A stretch of DNA of 64,000 nucleotides from Utricularia gibba (Eukaryota > Plantae > Magnoliophyta): contig NEEC01000030.1 of the NCBI GenBank assembly GCA_002189035.1, positions 62,001 through 126,000 of the forward strand. Reading direction: 5' to 3'. Positions 34,712-48,363 of the stretch are shown here, one piece after another. Numbering within the stretch: position 1 is the stretch's first letter; each line of letters opens with the position of its first letter. Both the position numbers and the translations under genes were made by a program. Below the pieces are notes generated by a model, which worked only from the letters and a program-made list of their open reading frames with translations, did not search any database and was not told the origin of the DNA.

Positions 34712-37700
34712 TAATGTATTTGGTAGTAATGGGCATTCTCTAATCAAGATAATGCACTTTGAGAATGTTGAATTCCATGCCCAATATCTCATAGCTTGGT
34801 TGATTGGCCCATATGCTCCTAAGCACTTCTTGATTCCATCTTGCTCTTGATCTAGTGATTGACTCAACTGAAATTAATGGAGCATTATTGATCTTGTGTA
34901 CTTTATCTTCATTGATATAATCTATAGCATCCATGATCTCATCATTCCCCCTTTCTTTTAGCAGATTCATCCTTGAATCATCACCATCTACATCACAAGG
35001 ACCCAAGTCACCAATATTGAACGTGGAGTGCACCGAAAACTCCTCTGGAAGATCAATCTTATAAGCATTATCATTGATTTTCTCAATGACTTGAACGGGT
35101 CCATCTCCTCTAGGTGAAAGCTTTGAATGCCTCTTGCTTGGAAATCTTTCCTTTCGAAAATGTACCCAAACCCAATCTCATGGTTGTAGAGTAACTTTTT
35201 CCCTATATTTAGTTGCTTTAAATGCATACTCCATGTTTTTGGCTTCCAATTGATTTCGAACCTTCTCATGTAGTGTTCTGGTGACATCTACTCTCTTAGC
35301 ACCATCAAAACTACAAAATTCATCAGATGGCAAGGGCAACAAGTCTATAGGTGTACGAGGATTAAAACCATACACAATTTCAAAAGGAGAACAATGAGTA
35401 GAAGAAAGTACTGCTCTATTGTATGCAAACTCAACATTAGATAAGCAATCTTCCCATGTTTTAATGTTATTTTTGATGATGGTACGAAGTAGGGTAGCAA
35501 ACCATGAAGCCTAACAATCTCCCTGAAGAATAAATCGGCAACATGCGAAGCATCATCAGTCTTGCTACAAAGAATGAAATGTGCCATCTTGGAGAATCTG
35601 TCCACCACCACAAATATTGAATCCTTTCCCTTTTGAGTCCTTGGTAATCCTAAAACAAAATCCATAGAAAGGTCAATCCAAGGGTAAAGAGGAGTAGGAA
35701 GAGGAGTGTACAATCCTTGAGAAATTGATTTTGATTTTGCTTTCTTGCACACCAAACATCTTCCACAAATTCTTTCCACATCTTTTCTCATGTGTGGCCA
35801 ATAGAAGTGTTATTGAAGCATGTCCAATGTCTTGGTGACCCCAAAATGCCCCATTAGACCACCACCATGAGCTTCTTTCACTAAAAACACACGAATTGAA
35901 CATTGAGGAATACATAATCTGTTCTTTTTGAAAAGAAAATCATCTTGCCTATGAAAGTTTTCAACAGGTTTATGTTCACATGAAAGATAAATATTTTTAA
36001 AATCATGATCAACACTGTAACATTCTTTTATTGTTGACAATCCAAGAATTTGAGCATCAAGAGTGGCTAAAAGTGTGTACCTTCATGACAATGTATCTGC
36101 AACAATGTTCTCCTTACCTTTCTTATATTTGATAACATAAGGAAAGGTATCAATGAACTCCACCCATTTTGCGTGTCTTATATTGAGATTTTTTTGACTC
36201 TTGACATGCTTTAAACTTTCGTGATCTGTATGGATAACAAACTCTTTGTACCAAAGATAATGTTTCCAAGTTTCAAGTGCTCTAACCAATGAGTACAACT
36301 CCTTATCATAAGTTGGGTAATTTAGTGTAGCTCCACCCAATTTTTCACTGAAATAGGCAATAGGTCGACCTCCTTGCATGAGAGCAGCACCTATTCCAAC
36401 TCCAGAAGCATCACATTCAATTTCAAACGTGTTAGAGAAATCAGGTAATGCAAGTAAAGGAGCTGAGCTAAACTTATCCTTAAGTGTCTTGAAAGCATGT
36501 TCTTGTGATTCTCCCCACCAAAAATGCACATTTTTCTTCATAACCTCGTTCAATGGTGCAGCAATTGTGATGAAATCCTTTACAAAATGACGGTAGAAGG
36601 TAGCCAATCCATGGAAACTGCACACTTCTCCAATTGTGGTAGGAGATGGCCATTCTCTAATTGCTTTCACCTTTTCTTCATCTACTAAAATACCTACATC
36701 ACTTACAATATAGCCAAGAAAGGAGATTTTGTTTGTGCAAAAGTCGCACTTTTTGATATTAGCATACAAACACTCTTTTCTCAAAACAACCAACACCTCA
36801 CGTAATAGACATGTATGTTCATCTAGTGTCTTACTATACACAAGAATATCATCAAAGTAAATAACAACAAATCTACCAAGAAAGGGATGCAATAAATGAT
36901 TCATCAATCTCATGAAAGTACTAGGTGCATTAGTCAATCTAAAAGGCATAACTAACCATTCATATAAACCAAATTTAGTTTTGAAAGCACCCTTCCATTC
37001 ATCCCCCTTTCTCATCCTAATTTGATGATATCCACTACGGAAATCAATCTTAGAGAAAATGTATGATACATGTAATTTATCTAACATATCATCAAGCCTA
37101 GGTATAGGTTGACTGTACTTAACCGTTATTTGGTTGATGGCTCTACAATCAGTGCACATTCTCCATGTTCCATTATGTTTTGGCACCAATAAAACTGGAA
37201 CTAAGCATGGACTAACACTCTCCCTCACCAACCCCTTAGCCATGAGTTCTTCCACTTGGCGTTGGATTTCTTTGGTTTCTTCAGGGTTGGCTCTATACGC
37301 AACTCAGTTTGGGATTTGAGCACCAGGAACGAAATCAATTTGATATTCTATTCCTCGGTATGGTTGTAATCCAGGCAATTCATCAGGAAAAACATTATTG
37401 AATTCCTAGAGAACAAGTTTAATGCAAGTAGGAAGATCCAATTGTGGGTTAGAGTTGTGTGACAAAGGCTCTTTAAACAAGAGCAAAAGAAAGGGATTTC
37501 TGGCATGTAACACTCTTTTCACATCACTCATTCTTGCAACAAGGCATTCCACTTCTTTTTTTCTCACAACTGCATCATTCACGTCTTTCTTTTCACTCTC
37601 TTTTTTAGATGTTTAAGAGTAGGAAGATGGAGTTTATCCACCATGAGAGTACTAGCAACGTTTGTGCAACTGCCTCCAATTATTAGGCTACAAACTTTCC

Positions 37701-40099
37701 CATTCACAAAGCAACGTGTATGGAATAAGTTTTTTCGTTGCTCCTCCATTGGCTTAGCATCCATGGTTAAAGTCCTTCTTGTTACCAAACATTCACCAAT
37801 GACAGGTTGTTGTTCCCCATCATCTATCTCCTGTACTTCACTTCTACTTTCACAATCAATTTCAGATTCAACATCTCCAGAGTCCCTTAGAATCATGGTC
37901 CTCTTGCTTGGGCATTCTGAAGCAATATGACCATGGCCAAGACATTTGAAACACTTTATATTTCGTGTTTGTCCAGAGGACTTAAATTCTCTTTCCTGAT
38001 TTCGGATATCTGCAGTGCCCTCTTTCATCGGTCCAAACTTGGTTGATTTCCCAAATGAAGGATAATTGGGTTTCTTCTCCTTACTTCCAGCAACATTCCA
38101 CGAGGTAGTAGGTTTTGGATGGTCTCTATGTTGTCCCTTACACTTTAGTTGCTTCTCAATCTTTATTGCAACATGCAACATGTCTTCAATCTCCACATAG
38201 TGTTGCAGCTCGACCACTTGAGAGATTTTCTTGTTTAAACCATAGAGGAATCTTGCCATTGTAGCTTCCCTATTCTCTATTATATTGGCTCGAATCATTA
38301 ACACCTCTATTTCTTGCCAATATTCTTCCACGGTTTTGCTCCCTTGGGTGAGCTTCTGCAAGTTTTGGTGTTGATCTCTTTGGTAGTGGCTGGTAATGAA
38401 CCTTTTTCTCATGATCCTCTTCATTTCAGCCCAAGTGCGAATTGGTTCTTCATCATTTCGTCTTCTGTTGAATACTACTTTATCCCACCAAGTTATGGCA
38501 TAATCTGTAAACTCAATAACAGCAAGCTTGATCTTCTTGACTTCAGAATAGTTGTGACAATCAAACACATGCTCCACACGAGTCTCCCATTCCAAGTAGG
38601 CATTTGGATCGTTTTTCCCTTGAAAAGAAGGGATTTTCATCTTGATGTTATCAAATTCCTTGTATTCACGTGTGTGTCTACCCCTTGGTCTATAATCATA
38701 TCTTACATCACGATTTGGCTTCCAATTTCTTTGAGATTTTCGGTCCATATCATCACCACCAGATGAATCATACTTCACCATGCCTTGCCTATTCAGCCTC
38801 AGATTTCGAATCTTTTTCTAGTTGAGAATTCTTTCGGCTATGGTGTGTTGGAACTCTTATTCTTCCATGGGAAACACTGTCCTCTTCTATGCATCTTTGC
38901 AATCTCTTGAACTCACTTTGCATTGCATTAAGTACAAAACCAACATCCATAACATTTTATTCTTCTGCAGGGTTATTAGAGCTCGACATCCTACTACGAG
39001 AGAAAAGTGTAGACAAAAAGAAGGAAAGATAATAACAACAGAAAGATAGAAGGAAAACAAGAAAGAGAGAATTTCCAAACCTCAAGTCCTGTTGAACTTT
39101 AAGACTCAGTAAACCTTAAATGATCAATCTAAGTGTGGTTCAAAGAGATCATAGTGGCTACGGTAATGAGTGGAAAGATAGACTTGGTGATGGTAATAGT
39201 AATAATGGTTAAGTAAAAGTAGGAATGGAAAGATAGAGTGTAACTTTTTGTGATTAACACCAAAAGAGGTAGGTACACAATTGAAAAGAGTTAAAATGGA
39301 ATAGAAGTATGACAATAGACAAAGTTGTACAATATTGACTTTTCTTTTGTTTGGTAAAGAAAAGATTCAATGGATTCAAATGACTAACTTCTTTTTTTGA
39401 CTTTTCTTGTGTGTGAAAAGTTGAAAATTCAACTGCTAACCTTCTTTCTCCCTTCAACACGTTTTTTTTTTCTTTTTGCAGCAATCCAGAAAAAAAGGGT
39501 GGAAGAAACAAAGATAAGAAACCCCCCTTGGTTCTTCTTTTCAGAGGCAGAGATGAGCAAAAGACAAGATAACCAAATCAAGATAGATCTGGACTAGTTT
39601 CTGGTTTTTTTTTTTTTTTTCTGAGAACGAAACCAAAACAAGATAAATAGGAGATGAAGAAGAGAAAGATTGGCTTTGATACCACCTGATACGACCCTCC
39701 AATCAAGAAGTTATTGGCAAACCATATCTTGGTTGAAAAGAAGCAATTCCTCAAGAAATAAGAAGTTGGCCCTCAAAGATTGAAAGATCTTTGCAACTCA
39801 AACTTAAGAGTAAGGACTTCTTAAATAGATGAAGGTTGGGCTTTATTTGAGGAAAAGTAGTAATAATAATGTATTTGGTAATAATGGGCCTTCTCTAATC
39901 AAGTTGATGCACTTTAAGAATGTTGAATTCCATGCCCAACACCACATAGCTTGGTTGATTGGCCCATAAGCTCTTAAGCACTTCTTGATTCCTTCTTGCT
40001 CTTGATCTAGTGATTGGCCCAACTGAAATCAATGGAGGATTATTGATCTTGTGTCATTTATCTTAATTGGGATAATCTATAGCATGCATGATCTCATCA
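34712..40099 (-). mobile_element. CRM family A element, mirror copy of 15835-21222
   Basis: ORFs 37579-38781 and 36083-37255 translate identically to 17153-18355 and 18679-19851. One SNP seen (RADV vs RVDV, 20644/35290). Confidence 0.92.
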
Positions 40100-40104
40100 G
40101 GAAG

Positions 40105-41757
40105 TGTTTGAGATTAGCCTCAATCCAAAGCTTCAAGGTGATTGGACGCACAACCCTTGTGTCATGAAGTCATGTTTCACTTATAAAAAGTGTTGGGTTG
40201 GAGTTGTTGGTCCTTCCTCATTCAACGTGATCTTCTAAGAATTATCTTTCTATTCCTTCCCAAGATTATGTCTTTCTTGCATCAATAAAGTCGTATTTCA
40301 AGCTGGTGATTTGGTTTGGCTTCATCTCACAAAGTAGAGATTTCCTACCAATAGGAAGTCAAAACTTCTACCTCATTGAGATGTCGCTTTCCAAGTTATT
40401 GAACTCGTGAATGATAATGCATACAAACTAGATTTCCGTGTTGAGTATTCTGTTCATTCAACTTTCAATGTTGCTGATTTGTCTCCCTTCGAAATGGATA
40501 AAGATTCAGGGACGAATCTTCCCAAAGAACGGGGGATAATGAGCTCCAACAAGATAATGAAGAATATTTAAAGAATAATGACGATATTGCGCAAGTGAAC
40601 ACATTAAACACAAAAATTATTCCACGAGCAAGGTGGGTGAAGCTAAACTCGACGCTCTACTCAATATTATTGGATTTGTTAAGCTTTCCTGTTTTATTTA
40701 GTTGGGGCTTTGTAATGTTGGAGCCTAATTTGAGAGTAAATACTCTTGACATGTTTTATTTGAAAGACCATTAGTTTTTTACATGTATCTTCTAAAGATT
40801 TTCCTATTATTTGAGTACTTTAACACTTTTTAGTTATCAAGCTTTTAGGTTGCCGTGTATTGGGATTATCACTTCCAATAACTGCTCCTTGTAACGTGTA
40901 ACTCCTAATTCCCTATCTTTCAAAGTATGGTGCCAAGAGATTTATTCTCTTGAAGGTAGATTTGGGTGAATTTCTTTCCAGACTTTAAAATCATATTTTG
41001 TTCGTGGGTTGCTAATCTCTATAGATTAGATAGTCATATCAAATATTGTTGCGTTGAGGCATTTGCACACCACAACACCTTCCAAAAGCATGATTTTTCA
41101 GTACGTATTGGGTCTTCAAAAATTTCGTAAAGAATATTCGTGGTCAGCAAAGCTGATGTTGATATTTTCCAAATCACGATGTACTATTAAAAATTCTTGA
41201 TGAAAAGTGAACTTTTCATCTAGTGTGTCATCCTTCTTGATGAGCCCCAGGAAACTAACGAAGAGTATTTAAAGAATGATGAGTATGATGTCCAAGTGAA
41301 CACATTAAAGACAAAGATCATTCCACCGAAACCAATTAAAAGAAGTAAGAGCAAGATAGTTGAAACAAGTGTCAAGGCTCTACTCAACACTATTGGAATC
41401 AACAATTGGCCTGAATTATTTCCATTAAAGCAGCTCAACTATTCGAGTCAACATCTACCTTATGGAGTGCATCAAAGACTTGAAGCTTGGGGATTGAGTG
41501 GTAAACCTTGTGTGTGTTTCTTTGTTCTTTCACTTTATTCTCTTTTCTTTCTTCTGTTTACAATGTCAAATTCAATAAGTGAGCATGAAAAAGATAACTC
41601 AATGGATGAGAAACTCTCTTTGAGAGCTATGCAACAAGAATTTGCAAGATTGCATCGCATTCTGGAAAACATAAATGTCAAGCGGATGAACACGAAAACT
41701 CTCTACAAATACCTAAGGAAAAGATTCTATCAAATATTGTTGACAAGATACATTTGA
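40105..41757 (+). mobile_element. Mirror copies of the copia LTR remnant and CRM-B remnants
   Basis: Reverse complement of 14177-15829. Confidence 0.75.
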
Positions 41758-42079
41758 TCTAATTTTTCTTTAAGGGTAAGGTGTAGGGGTGATGATCAAA
41801 TATGGAGAAAACATAGGTTATTGAATTGTACTACGTTATAATAATATCTCTAAAACTTATGAAAACGAGACAATTCTTAAGGTTTACATACACACATAGA
41901 AGCGAATATTAGTAAGATGTAACCTTGATGCAAAGTCATTTTAAAACTTATCTTTTAGTGCTATGTAATGGTTTTTTGAGTCATTTTTAGAAATAGCCAA
42001 GAAATATTCATAATGTTATCCTATTTTCAAACGTCATTTTTGAGTCACATTTATCCAATGAAAGATGTTAGCTTGTTAT

Positions 42080-43619
42080 TGTCAGGACCCATGCCCAGGG
42101 CCCAAGAGGCATGAGGCATGACTGCCAAGTCCTATCAAACGTTGGGACTCAAGGCGACTTAACCCCTTTGTAACATGGAGAAATAACGTTAAGATGGCTA
42201 CATGTACACTAACTCACAACCGTTCAAACATGCAAAAGGAACTATGTCCAACCTACTAAGCATATTCCTCACAACGTAGTTAAGGTTCCAAAAGCTATTC
42301 TTGATCTACCACAACTTCTACAGCTAAACTCCTACTTTGGTTAATCACCAAACCTTCTGCCATTCCCCTCTACACCTGGAACAAGTTAAAACATAGAGTG
42401 GTCATGCTACTGAAGTTTGGTAAAACATAAACATGAATGAAGTGAAGAAAAAGTGTTTGAGCATAAAGACTCAAAGTCAAGCACATATCCAAGTAGTGAG
42501 TCCCATTGTCTATCTTTGCCCAATCGCCTTGACCCTTCGGCTTAGGCAATACATGACCCTTTTCCTAAGATTTGGAGGTGATGCCTAAGTCCTTTAGTAG
42601 TGTTCAGAAGAGCCACCAACCGAACACCACCTCTAAACTTAGACCATAGCATGCATAAAACATGTCCCTGGTCTTTCTTGATTGGCTTATCCCATAGGGA
42701 TACCTCAGACATGTATGATATATTTAGCCATGAATCCCATGGTTAAAACCATGTTGCTAGGAATGTGGGTCCACACTCCTCTCCATTTCCTAACATATAT
42801 ACACATAGCACATAAACAATGAACATTGAGCACTTTATACACCTCGAAAGAAAACACTTGTTTGGAAACTGACCAACAAGGACACCAAATCCTTGGAAGA
42901 AAACAATTTAGGTTTTGAAAGAAGAATTTTAGGGACTCTAAACAGAGTTGAGGCACCAAGACCAGAAGGACGTGCCCTGCTGGACTCTTCACACAATGAA
43001 GAACAGGGAGGAAAAACAGGTTAATGAAAACAGGGAAGAACTCTTTCCAAAACAACATATAATAACACATAGACAATTATCACATATGTTTCAGAGAAGC
43101 ATCAAAACATGCTTCTAAAAGACAGTAGCACTCATCCCACTTACCTTATTCCCTACATAAGTAATCCCTTCCTACAACTAGAACCAAGAACTTTCCCCCT
43201 TCTCACTAGCTGTATTCTCTACCCTCCTTCCTCTTCAACCATGATTCTCCAGCTTTTTCCAATGTGACTCTATTTACCTGAACCTAGGAGACATCATGAG
43301 TCAGCATCCCCTCTATCTTGAGGTTGCCATGTGGCCCTTCCATTAGTTAGCACCTGCTTCATCTCCATTGGTTAATAAAAACAAACTCCATACCGGTGTG
43401 GGTCCCATCGTTTATTGATTTCATACATAACCATGATCATTAGAGAGGTATTATGCTAAACTCCAGCAATGGATGTTGCAGACCATAACAGCTATTGATA
43501 ATGATTCTATATTCCATTAACGTGTGGTCGATATTACCAACAAAAGTATAAACATTGTAACTCTTATTTTCTTATTTTTAAAACATTATACTCAAACTGA
43601 ATGCTCTAAGGGTGTTATA
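42080..43619. mobile_element. Mirror copy of the putative Tekay-like solo LTR
   Basis: Reverse complement of 12315-13854. Confidence 0.4.
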
Positions 43620-44056
43620 GTAACTTCTCATGATCTACGATTACAAATTCCATTTTCGAACTTTGATATTGATAAAAATTATTATGATTTAATATAACTC
43701 ATTTTATACATTATGATGCATGTTTCAAAACAAAATAACATTACAATCATTTTTTTAAAATTAACCCATTTTTTTTTGTAAAGACATTATTTATTTATTA
43801 ATTTACTATTTTTTATGTATACTCTTGCATCTTAAATCCACTTATCCCATTTAAATAAATTAAATTCAACCCACGCACAAACCCACGTACCAAATAGGTT
43901 CCGGATTTGCTTGCCGAAACTAATTCCAATTTGGACCCAAAAATAATAAATGTTTGAATTTATCCCTTTACTGTATTTCGGTTTGACCCTTGCAAACTTG
44001 ATATGTTCCTAAATTGACCAAAGTTGAGTTTTATCTTACAACTGCGGCCTCCATAT

Positions 44057-44083
44057 TGGGCTGAGCATCGCTGGATTGGCCCA
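44057..44083 (+). promoter_or_regulatory. Pair of site II-like motifs (TGGGCT, GGCCCA) upstream of the SLX9-like gene
   Basis: Motifs at 44057-44062 and 44078-44083, just before the probable pyrimidine-rich 5' UTR. Site II motifs are common in plant ribosome-related promoters. Mirrored at 11851-11877. Confidence 0.45.
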
Positions 44084-44503
44084 AATCCGTTTCCTCACTG
44101 AAATCCTCTAATCGGACTTCTTGAAGAAGATTCCTTTCTCCGCGCTTTTTCGGCTGAGGAGAAGGTCCGCTGCGAGCGCAAATTAGTACGTCTTAAAAGT
44201 AGTAACTCTTCGGGACGCCTGTGAGTTGGTTCTCTCTTATCTTGATTTCAGATGAAAACCAGACATTGTTCTTGGTGGATAGTGTGGAGCATTCGTGAGT
44301 GTTAAATAGATTTCTTAAGGGAATGGTTTTACAAGTATCTATCGCCTCTAATCTTTCTGCACGTGAATCCTGGTCCTTAATTTGCCTTGCAGCTTCCGGA
44401 TTGTTTGTGCGACTTAGAGAATATCATTTCGGTCACCTTTTTTTTTTATTTCTTCAGTTTGATTTGTTGCAAAAGGTAGAAAGTGGATACAGAATCGTTG
44501 GGA

Positions 44504-45467
44504 ATGGGAAAGAATTCCACAAGGTATAGGGATGTGAAATTCCTTACAACTTTTGTTATACTGTTATTCGTTGAAACGCTTTTGTGGTCGGCTGATTCTT
44601 GTTGACTGCTGATAAGCTAACCTTGGTAGTCAGATCGGATGGGGCCACTCGTACTGAAAAGAAGTTTGCAAAGAAGATGCAGTTTTATGAACGTAAGAAT
44701 ATAAACAAGCATTTTCCTCACATGTCATTATGCTGATATTTCCTGGTTTGGGTATGGCATTATGCTTGATATGTTGAAACTTAAAAATGGAGTTCATCAA
44801 TTCTTGTCATGGGTTTTCTGGTTTTGTAGTGGTCAGGAATTCGGTTTCTGAGAAAAAGATAAGCAAGGTATGGTTCATGAAAAGCTATGCCCCTTTTTAT
44901 TGTAAAGAGTTTCCAGGATTGTGATTTCTTGCCTCACGAAAGCATCACATTTTTCTTGCTGTTTCATCTTGCATATGTTGTTGCCCGAGCAGGAGAAACA
45001 GAAAAGGAAAAGGAGCCGGCAGAGGAAGCTGAAGGCTTTTGATATGACTACTCTCTCAGAGCACCTCCCTGATTTGAGACTCCCCAAGGAACCAAGGAAA
45101 ATCTTGTTCAAGATTAACAGCAAAACTAGAAACCAACTAGTGTGAGCATTACTGTTTGATTCTTTACACCCAAGGGCTTTCCATTTCGATTTCCTTGGAT
45201 GATGTGTTTTTCTTTACATGGCCGAGGAAAAACATAAAACCTGTGTTGAACTTTTCATTTCACGACAGGCTCAAAGAGAGCAACCAGTTGGAGAAAGTCT
45301 TCAAGGATCCGGTATTCCAAACAGACCCTTTGGGTTCCATTTATCAGCATTTGTTGGGTACACAGCCTCCTGCAGATGAAAAGGTCAAGAGAAGAAAAAA
45401 TGCGAAGACCAAATCCTCCAAAACCAAAAGGAAGAAGCCTCAGTCCCAGCAGGCCATGGAGATTTAA
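44504..45467 (+). CDS. SLX9: SLX9/FAM207A-like ribosome biogenesis protein
   Basis: Exons 44504-44523, 44634-44692, 44830-44867, 44993-45141 and 45269-45467, all GT-AG and in phase. They give MGKNSTRSDGATRTEKKFAKKMQFYE...RSRQRKLKAFDMTTLSEHLPDL...VFKDPVFQTDPLGSIYQHL...AMEI*. The family is recognised from memory of plant SLX9-domain proteins. Confidence 0.8.
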
Positions 45468-45682
45468 GATAAAAGCTGAGAAGTTTCGGTTGCTAAAGTC
45501 TCGATTTTGGGTGCGATCAGAGGCTGAATATCGCGCTAAGGATCTGGTATATGAGTTTGAAACTGCTTACTATGTGAGCTGATTGATGCCTCTTACGATG
45601 ACATATTTGTTTCCAAAAAACACGATACTAAATTATTGCTAGTAAAAAATCGCACCAAAAATGACAGCGGCAGGATCAAGGG

Positions 45683-48120
45683 CTACAATTTAAGATACAC
45701 GAACTCTTCAATGGCTGGGATTTCACCTATTTTTTTAAGAGCATCCTTCCTCGGTTCCTCATCAACTCCAATGGCCATAACGGCTTGTTTCCTGGGAGCT
45801 ATCCTTCCCACGCTCATGAAGCTTACATTAACGTTCCCCTCCGCCAGGATACTCCCAACTTTTCCGATCATTCCCGGCTGATCGACCTGCCGGCAGAGTA
45901 TGATGCTGCCTTCCAAGCTCACATCCATATCGAAAGTACCCACTTTTGTCAAGTGTGGGATCCCGTCCTTCAACTTTCCCTCAACTGTGATATCCCCTGT
46001 ATCCGAAATGGCGCTGGCGAACTTCGATTCGACGTTTGCCATGTGGAGCTGGATCCATTCAAGTGGACTGGCAGGGGATCCGTCAAGGACCAGGTGTTCC
46101 TCGGTAATGAATAAACCTCTCTGTTTGGCGACGAAGTCGGCATTCACAAGGTTGATAAAGATGTTTGTGACTGGCTCAATTAAGCCCTTGGTGATCATGG
46201 AACGGAGAAGACTTGTGTCGAGGTCCTCTGGAGATCTCGCGGAGCCGTAGGAGATTTTCAGAGTTTTGATTCCACTACCACCTGCAACTAGTTGAACTGC
46301 AACCCTACCGAGCTTTTCAGCAAGTGAAACGAATGGTTTTAGCTCATTGAGAACCTAGGGAAGGATCATGATGAGCGTGAGCTATATAACTTTTACAAAA
46401 AAACACAACCAACTTGGCATCAAGGGTGAAGGGCATGGATGCAATACCTCTTCAGAAACCATGGGTGCATTAACCGCTGAAGAAGCAAATTCGCCTTTTA
46501 AAGCTCCAATAACAGCCTCAGCTATTTCAACGGCAACTTCTTCCTAGGTATAACACAGCAAAGCAAAGTGCAAGAATTAGAAACACGCACACTACCATGT
46601 ATCAGTTGTTGGAAACATGCAAACCTGCGCTTCCATTGTACTTGCACCAAGATGAGGAGTAGCTGTTACATTCCCATGCAGCACCAATTCATTATCTTTC
46701 TCTGGCGGTTCTTCTGTGAAAACATCAAGGGCTGCCTGAAACAAAAGGGAACACAAACATCAGGGAGTTTTGCTTCCGCATAATGAGGATCATTCAAGCC
46801 AAAGTAACAAGATCTTGTTTTTTTGCAACGAGCATCGACCTGGGAAACGATTCCAGAATTAATAGCCTTCACCAGATCTTCTTCATCAATAATCCCCCCT
46901 CTTGCAACATTAATGATCCGAACACCTTTCTTCATCTTGGCAAAAGTTACCTCGTTCAGCATTTTTGATGTGCCTGCGGTGAGAGGCATGTGGAGTGAAA
47001 TGAAGTCAGCAGAAGCAACAGCTTCATCAAAGCTCACAAGCTCCACACCCATGGCACGTGCACGGTCCGCAGACGCATACGGATCGTGTGCGATTATGTG
47101 CATTCCCAGACCCCTTGCGCGTCTTGCAAACTCTGATCCAACCTTTCCAAAACCAATAACACCAAGTATTTTCCCAGCAAGGGAGACTCCAACATGCTTA
47201 CTCCTCTCCCATTTTCCTGTTGATGGTAAGTAACAGAAATTAGAGAAAAGTACAGTTTCCCATGTAACTGCAACCCCGAATAGCAAGTCCAAAAAAACCA
47301 ATAGAATCTATTTCCATCACTAGAATTCTCAAAATCAAAGTTCACATTTCAAAAGGAAAAGTTGTCTTGGTTCGTTAGAACATTGAACGAATATTTAATA
47401 TGCACTGCAGAACCGATCGTCAGTGTGGACATTGATAAAAGAAAAGAAGAAAATTGAAACGTTAAACGAGAATCTCCAGCGCTCATATAATCAATAAAAA
47501 AAAGTTGAAGGACAAGCTAGTATAATAAAACATATAATCACCAACTTCAGGCATAGAATTGGTAGAATTTAATTGCAACAAGAACGATCTCAAAACTAAC
47601 CAGCCTTAACTGAAGCATTTGCTTGAGCAATATTTCTCGCCATGGAAGTGAGAAGCGCGATGGCATGTTCAGCAGCAGCCACCGTGTTAGCCGTCGGTGC
47701 ATTCACCACTAAACATCCATGTTCAGTCGCAGCCGCCAGATCGACATTATCAATTCCGACTCCTGCTCTTCCAACGACTTTCAACCGTCCTCCGGAAGAC
47801 TCAAACACATCGCGACTCACTTTAGTCCCGCTCCTCACGATCAGCCCATCGCAGAGTGAGATTTTCGAGCAGAGCTCGTCAATAGAGAGGTTATACGAGC
47901 AGTCGACATTTGCAAACTCTTTCAGCAGATTCAAACCTGCATCTCCAAGTTTCTCTGAGACCAGAATCGTTGGCTTGGTGCTCAACGATAGGACAACGAA
48001 ACGGCAGCTCCTTCGGCGGCGGTGGAAGGAGAATCCGGTGACTACGGCTGTACCGGGGATTTCCCCTAGTCGGAATAGGGATAAGGTAGCGCGCGACGTT
48101 GGAGGTGCGAGAGGTGCCAT
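45683..48120 (-). CDS. PGDH: D-3-phosphoglycerate dehydrogenase, plastidial (~591 aa, C-terminal ACT domain)
   Basis: Exons 48120-47601, 47216-46840, 46735-46625, 46543-46448 and 46354-45683 splice in frame. Transit-like N-terminus, [40 protein letters not shown]. Confidence 0.96.
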
Positions 48121-48363
48121 TGTTGATCTGTACGCTAAAATGTTGGTTAGTTTCCAACGAGAGAGCTAAAGGTGAGAGACTGGGGAGAGCCGAGAGGATC
48201 ACATAAAATCTCCATACTGCAGTTACAAATTCAGGTTACTCAATTAGCCTTCATATTTTCATAAATATTAAATTGTATTCGAAAAATCAACAAAAATCAC
48301 AGTTGGTGTTTTAGCCCAATAAGAGGAAAACCACAGGCCACATAGACCCAACATACATGGGCC

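Larger units (their letters stand above)
32630..45804 (-). repeat. Right arm (~13.2 kb) of the giant inverted duplication
   Basis: Reverse complement of 10130-23356, 52 bp shorter because of a complex deletion near 33084-33100. Contiguous with the intact PGDH gene, so probably the donor arm. Confidence 0.96.

Noticed and set aside
10130-45804. Giant TIR DNA transposon (Pack-MULE/Foldback-like) explanation for the inverted arms
   Set aside because: There is no TSD at the outer ends and no transposase. The right end lies inside an intact PGDH exon, and the left junction is a microhomology.
46666-47301. ORF-track 211 aa protein as a separate dehydrogenase
   Set aside because: It is PGDH exon 2 with intronic read-through at both ends.
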